From Octopus sinensis (taxonomy: Eukaryota): a DNA stretch of 64,000 bases. Shown here in pieces: positions 63,583 through 64,000 of this stretch (position 1 is the first letter of the stretch; every line of letters begins with the position of its first letter). A program made the translations under genes and the position numbers. The notes under the pieces are model-generated. The model was not told where the DNA came from and searched no databases. It saw only the letters and a list, made by a program, of their open reading frames with translations. Where the stretch lies: assembly GCF_006345805.1 (NCBI RefSeq), contig NC_043016.1:4030001-4094000 (forward strand), in the 5' to 3' direction.

Positions 63583-64000
63583 CATCATCATCGTTTAATG
63601 TCTGCTTTCCATGCTGGCATGGGTTGGACGGTTTGACTGAGGGCTGGCAAGCCAGAAGGCTGCACCAGATTCCAATCTGATCTGGCAAAGGATCTACAGC
63701 TGGATGCCCTTCCTAACACCAACCACTCCGAGAGTGTAGTGGGTACTTTTTACATGCCTGCGGCACAGGAGCCAGTCATATAGGTCTTTCAACAGTCACA
63801 TTTGAATAGTGCAATTTACATGCCACCGGTACGAGAACCAGTCAAGGAGTACTGACATCATCCACATTCGGATGGTGCTTTCTATGTGCCGCTGGCATGG
63901 GCCCCAGTCTTGGGGCACTAGCCACAGCTACGATTTTGGTTTTACTTGACTCAACAGGTCTTCTCAAGTATATCAAATCACCTGATGCATCAAGGGTGCT
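63582..64000 (-). mobile_element. RTE 3' UTR fragment running off the window end
   Basis: catcatcatcgtttaatgtctgctttccatgc...ggatgcccttcctaacaccaaccactccgagagtgtagtggg. Confidence 0.85.

Overview
AT-rich eukaryotic DNA, intronic or intergenic, dominated by repeats and (TA)n/(CA)n/(GA)n microsatellites, with one 100-N gap. The repeat landscape suggests an octopus genome; this is an inference from recalled repeat families, not a database result. No host protein-coding gene can be named, and only a few weak minus-strand exon candidates were found. Nearly all listed ORFs are spurious or transposon debris. Recognisable content: many tRNA-headed SINE copies (labelled A, B, C here, plus a headless repeat E); many 5'-truncated RTE LINE pieces; decayed RTE-X, Ingi/Vingi-like, Tx1-like and Penelope-like retroelements; a full-length but broken mariner; an internally deleted piggyBac; hAT, TTAA and Tc1-type MITEs; and a non-autonomous Helitron-type element. 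The most interesting signal is three unrelated type I hammerhead ribozyme motifs (24036-24098 +, 59230-59293 -, 60069-60109 +). Each has a short, essentially palindromic helix III and sits in a small non-coding element at a (TA)n tract. One lies in a 556-bp unit with 30-bp terminal direct repeats, as expected for a retrozyme or Penelope pLTR copy. A second signal is a Tx1-like LINE that shares its 3' terminus and (ATT)n context with SINE family C. All folds were paired by eye, and many repeat boundaries are approximate.
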